Part shown: piece after piece, positions 14,866 through 16,158 of the stretch | Layout: the number at the start of each line of letters is the position of its first letter | How positions within the stretch are numbered: position 1 is the stretch's first letter | NCBI GenBank assembly: GCA_963754945.1 | Contig: CAVWIG010000041.1 | Location: 1 to 16,158, forward strand | DNA length: 16,158 bases | Reading direction: 5' to 3' | Source of the DNA: Methanotrichaceae archaeon | Lineage (GTDB): Archaea; Halobacteriota; Methanosarcinia; Methanotrichales; Methanotrichaceae | Made by a program: the position numbers and the translations under genes | The notes under the pieces: model-generated | What the model was told of the DNA's origin: nothing | The model's input: only the letters and a program-made list of their open reading frames with translations | Database searches by the model: none

Positions 14866-16158
14866 ATGCACGATTTTTCTACCCTCATCGGCGGAATAGC
14901 TGGCGACGGCATAAATGAGGCAGGCGTGACCATAAGCCGCCTCTTTAACTTGCTAGGTTATCGCATTTACATGTACTACGACTACCCCTCTCTCATCCGG
15001 GGCGGGCACAACTTCTCAGTGGTTCGGGCGTCGGATCACAAAATCGGCACCCATATGAGCGCTGTGGATGTTATAATCGCCTGAACCAGGAGACTGTAGA
15101 GCTGCACCATGGAAAGCTGAAGAAAGACTCTTTCGTGATCTACGATCTAGACAAGGTTAAGATCGAGAATCTGACCCAGAGAGGATGCGGACTTCCTGTA
15201 TCCAATATCCTGAAGGAGGAACAGGCCCCCATGATAATGCGCAACACCTGATCATAGGTGGGTTCTGCAAGGTGGTTGGCATCGAATGGGACAATTTCTT
15301 AGAAGGTCCTCAGAAAACACATTCCAAAGCAGCTTGATCTGAACTTGAAGGTGGCTAGAAAGGGATACGACGCCGCTGTAGAGTTCTCCAGGATCGAAAG
15401 AGTTGATCAGCCCAGCCTTCCTATCCTGACAGGCAACCAGGCGATAGGCTTAGGCCTGATAAAGGCCGGCCTTCAGCCACTGTAGCCTATCCATGACCCT
15501 CGTCCAGCCTGCTCGATTTTATGGCCCGGTCTGCTGCCGACTTCGGGCTGAAGGTTGTTCATCCCGAGAGCGAAATTGCCGTCATCCTAATGGCCCAGGG
15601 CTTTGCCTATGAAGGAGTCAAGGCTGCCGTAGGCACCTCAGGAGGCGGTTTCTGTCTTATGACTGAGGGCCTAAGCCGGCAGGGATGGCAGAGATGCCCG
15701 TAGTAATAATGCTCGGGCAGAGGACAGGGCCGTCTACCGGCCTACCAACCTACACAGCCCAGGCAGACCTGCACTTCGCTCTAAACGCAGGCCAGGGCGA
15801 GTTCCCCAGGTTCATCGTTTCTCCTGGAGACGCCGAGGAGGCCTATTACTGGTCAGGAGTTGCATTGAACATGGCATGGAAGTACCAGGTACCTGCATTC
15901 ATACTTTCAGACAAAACAGTTTCTGAAGGGCTTTACAGCTTCGATACTTCTGTGATCGGGGACGTGAAAGAGGAGGCGCCTGTCGTGGGAAGGAAAGGGC
16001 GATTATAACCGCTACAAGTACACTGAAACCGGTGCTTCCTGCCTTTGGCCTTCCCGCCTCTTAAAAGCCAGATAGTAAAGGTTGACGGATATACCCACGA
16101 CGAGCTGGGAATAACCACCGAAGACCCAACAACAACCGCCAAAACGAACGACAAACGG
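14866..16158 (+). pseudogene. 2-oxoacid:ferredoxin oxidoreductase fused gamma-alpha subunit (KorA-like); multiple frameshifts, runs off the right edge
   Basis: GGIAGDGI, YPSLIRGGH, TGNQAIG, remnant of YPMTP, ESEIA, TSGGGF, QRTGPSTGLPT and HDE motifs recovered across frames. Indels near 15081, 15250, 15297, 15478, 15492, 15498, 15677, 15985 and 16040. Gene identity is firm, pseudogene status is doubtful. Confidence 0.85.

Noticed and set aside
11592-14871. Antisense or alternate-frame ORFs over the ATPase, hydrolase and exported protein, and the 13187 start
   Set aside because: Shadow frames. GTG 13223 has an RBS, a stop overlap and a proper signal peptide, so it is preferred to 13187.
14866-16158. 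Programmed frameshifting or TGA recoding in the oxidoreductase
   Set aside because: There are too many breaks, the TGAs at 15082 and ~15248 arise from frameshifts rather than in-frame stops, and there are no slippery heptamers.

Overview
Archaeal methanogen DNA, most consistent with Methanothrix/Methanosarcinales. This is inferred from the cimA-ilvB-ilvH-ilvC order, TTTATATA/BRE promoters and GGAG/GGTG ribosome-binding sites. The window has three parts. (1) 1-~5880 is an accessory region, AT-rich from ~2830 on. It holds a TIR-domain gene running off the left edge (absent from the ORF track), a broken SAM methyltransferase, an orphan receiver protein and two small membrane ORFs. It also holds a SIR2-family gene disrupted by a T8 frameshift, by a 1560-bp IS701-like element (20-bp TIRs, near-perfect 8-bp duplication) and by a 384-bp internally deleted IS5 element. 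A ~145-bp twin-hairpin element resembling IS200/IS605 ends is nested in the left end of the IS701-like element. (2) 6045-14695 is intact: the cimA-ilvB-ilvH-ilvC operon, and divergently an AAA+ ATPase, a PhnP-like MBL hydrolase and a secreted PsbP-like/transglutaminase-like protein, all translationally coupled. (3) 14866-end is a 2-oxoacid:ferredoxin oxidoreductase gamma-alpha gene with about nine indels, more likely assembly error than biology. No rRNA, tRNA or CRISPR array was seen. All family calls come from motif recognition by eye, without database searches.
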